Below, piece by piece: positions 62,544 to 64,000 of a DNA stretch of 64,000 nucleotides (within the stretch, counting starts at the first letter, position 1; the number at the start of each line of letters is the position of its first letter). This stretch comes from Eukaryota sp. GEM-RC1. Taxonomy: Eukaryota. The notes beneath the pieces are model-generated. The model worked only from the letters and a program-made list of their open reading frames with translations. It was not told where the DNA came from and made no database searches. Made by a program: the position numbers and the translations under genes. The DNA lies in contig JAUFOQ010000017.1 in the NCBI GenBank assembly GCA_040285855.1, forward strand, positions 434,001 to 498,000. Direction: 5' to 3'.

Positions 62544-63371
62544 ATGTCTTCCTCCGAACACTCTTCTTCTGATGAATCATCAAACATCGAAGCAGTAGAA
62601 GGAATCTATTCCGCTGTTGCTCCTAATGAGTTTGGCATAATTGATAAATGTCTTGCCGATCTAAGTGTATCTGTTCCTGAACATTCTGGTGACAAATTCA
62701 AGAGGGCTGAGAAATATGGACACATTGTCCATCACTCTTCTGGAGCATGTATACTTGCCGAGGGAACTAAAATAGCAGACGGCCAATATCTCGCCGCTGA
62801 CGGGTCTCATATCTTCCATGTTTCTCCCGATCTCTCTGTGTCTGATGTGACAGAGATCGATTCCTCGTTGTTAAATTCTTCTCGCACTGAGTTTGTCTCA
62901 GATCTAGAATCAGTCCTAGCTCAGTACACCGCAGAATATTACAAACGAGGTAAGTTCTGTATAGTCAATCTCGCGGGAAGACCTCTGCAAATCCTCTTCT
63001 CCGCTGCTGTAGTGAATCAGGATAGTAGTTACACTGGACAATGGTTTTCTGTGTATACTTTCTCTGATGATCTCACCAAAATAACTCCTATTGTCCTACC
63101 ATATGTTCACTTGTTTGAAAGTGGAAATGTTCATCTTCGTGGAATTTATCCAGCTAAAGCAAAGGAACAATCGCTGTCCGAAGCTTCTGCAACTGCTGTA
63201 TTGGCTTTTATCAAGAAGTTTGAAGTTGACTATATCAAAAATGTACAAGATTTGTGGGAATCCTTAAATGAGAAAGTTCTGAAAACCTTTAGAAGAAAAC
63301 TTCCAGTTTTCAAGAAAAAGATTGACTGGACAAGTATTGCATCGCTTCGAATGAGAATTCCTCATAAGTAA
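62544..63371 (+). CDS. CAPZA: F-actin capping protein alpha subunit
   Basis: APNEF, YTGQWFSVY, VHLFESGNVHL, LKTFRRKLPVFKKKIDW. Confidence 0.9.
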   Translation: MSSSEHSSSDESSNIEAVEGIYSAVAPNEFGIIDKCLADLSVSVPEHSGDKFKRAEKYGHIVHHSSGACILAEGTKIADGQYLAADGSHIFHVSPDLSVSDVTEIDSSLLNSSRTEFVSDLESVLAQYTAEYYKRGKFCIVNLAGRPLQILFSAAVVNQDSSYTGQWFSVYTFSDDLTKITPIVLPYVHLFESGNVHLRGIYPAKAKEQSLSEASATAVLAFIKKFEVDYIKNVQDLWESLNEKVLKTFRRKLPVFKKKIDWTSIASLRMRIPHK

Positions 63372-63682
63372 GTTTGTATAATGAATGTTTATAAAGTATT
63401 ATCACTTTCAAGCATGATGTCTCCTAAATCAGTTACAGCTATTTACAAGCCTCATTTCAACATTAGATTCACTGGGATTGACGATTTTGTACTTGTATTC
63501 AATAAAAATCATAAACTTTTACTATCAGACCTAGACGATGTTGTTTAATTTGAATCGGGAGATTTCAGCAACAATAGACATTCAAAGAGCAACTGCTCTC
63601 CTTTTTGGGGAAAAATGGAACTGCTGAGGAAAATTGTAAAAACTCCACCTAGACTCAGATTGGCTCCTCGTCGTGATCTCAG

Positions 63683-64000
63683 ATGCTTAAACTTATCAAA
63701 ACCTCCTCAACCAATCCGTTCTTTAACCTTGCTGTTGAAAACTTTCTCCTAGGCAACGATACAAAACACAAATGTCTATATCTTTGGCGTAACGATCCCA
63801 CTGTTGTCATTGGTAAGTATCAAAACGCCTTTCTTGAATGTGATGTTTCTGCCATGCATAAAGACCAAGTGAATCTAGCCCGCAGAACATCAGGTAAGTT
63901 CTGTATTCCAAACTAACAATCAGGTGGAGGAGCAGTTTACCAGGATCTTGGCAACCTTAACTTCACATTCATATCTCCTACTCGTTCTTTCTCAAAAGAA
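63683..64000 (+). CDS. lplA: Lipoate-protein ligase A / lipoyltransferase (5' part; 30-nt intron 63894-63923)
   Basis: NPFFNLAVENFL, LYLWRNDPTVVIGKYQN, LARRTSG|GGAVYQDLGNLNFTF; GTAAGT...CTAAC..CAG intron. Confidence 0.92.

Overview
Eukaryotic (protist-type) genomic DNA: gene-dense and intron-poor, with tiny 28-57 nt spliceosomal introns. Many single-base frameshifts sit in homopolymer runs and also hit essential genes (RPS3, RPB9), so they are most likely long-read assembly errors. Housekeeping genes include villin, an SLC35F6-like transporter, a PH-RUN protein, RPS3, PAT1, a BET bromodomain protein, RPN5, RPB9, tRNA-Gln, a RING-H2 ligase, a SNARE, a truncated ABCA, an LRR protein, Trk/HKT, CAPZA and LplA. 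They are interspersed with hAT transposons/MITEs and a large inverted duplication. The main candidate is at 28.6-33.2 kb: an apparently single polyprotein of [78-nt hairpin-rich repeat leader]-[2A/StopGo peptide DIESNPGP]-[Ulp1/SENP-like C48 protease]-[zinc knuckle]-[Fanzor1 RNA-guided nuclease, three RuvC acidic residues present]. It ends in a structured 3' region with GCAA and UUCG tetraloop hairpins that looks like the omega-RNA, and no transposase is visible. A second locus (6.8-9.9 kb) has the same design: 117-nt repeat leader, 2A peptide DVESNPGP, DEVH helicase. It lies in an island with a Pif1 helicase and 14/15-bp repeat arrays and is cut by a hAT element. A 2.4-kaa La-DEAH-RING/IBR-PARP-WWE-NTase fusion protein is a further candidate defence gene. 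All family calls come from motif recognition by eye; no searches were run.
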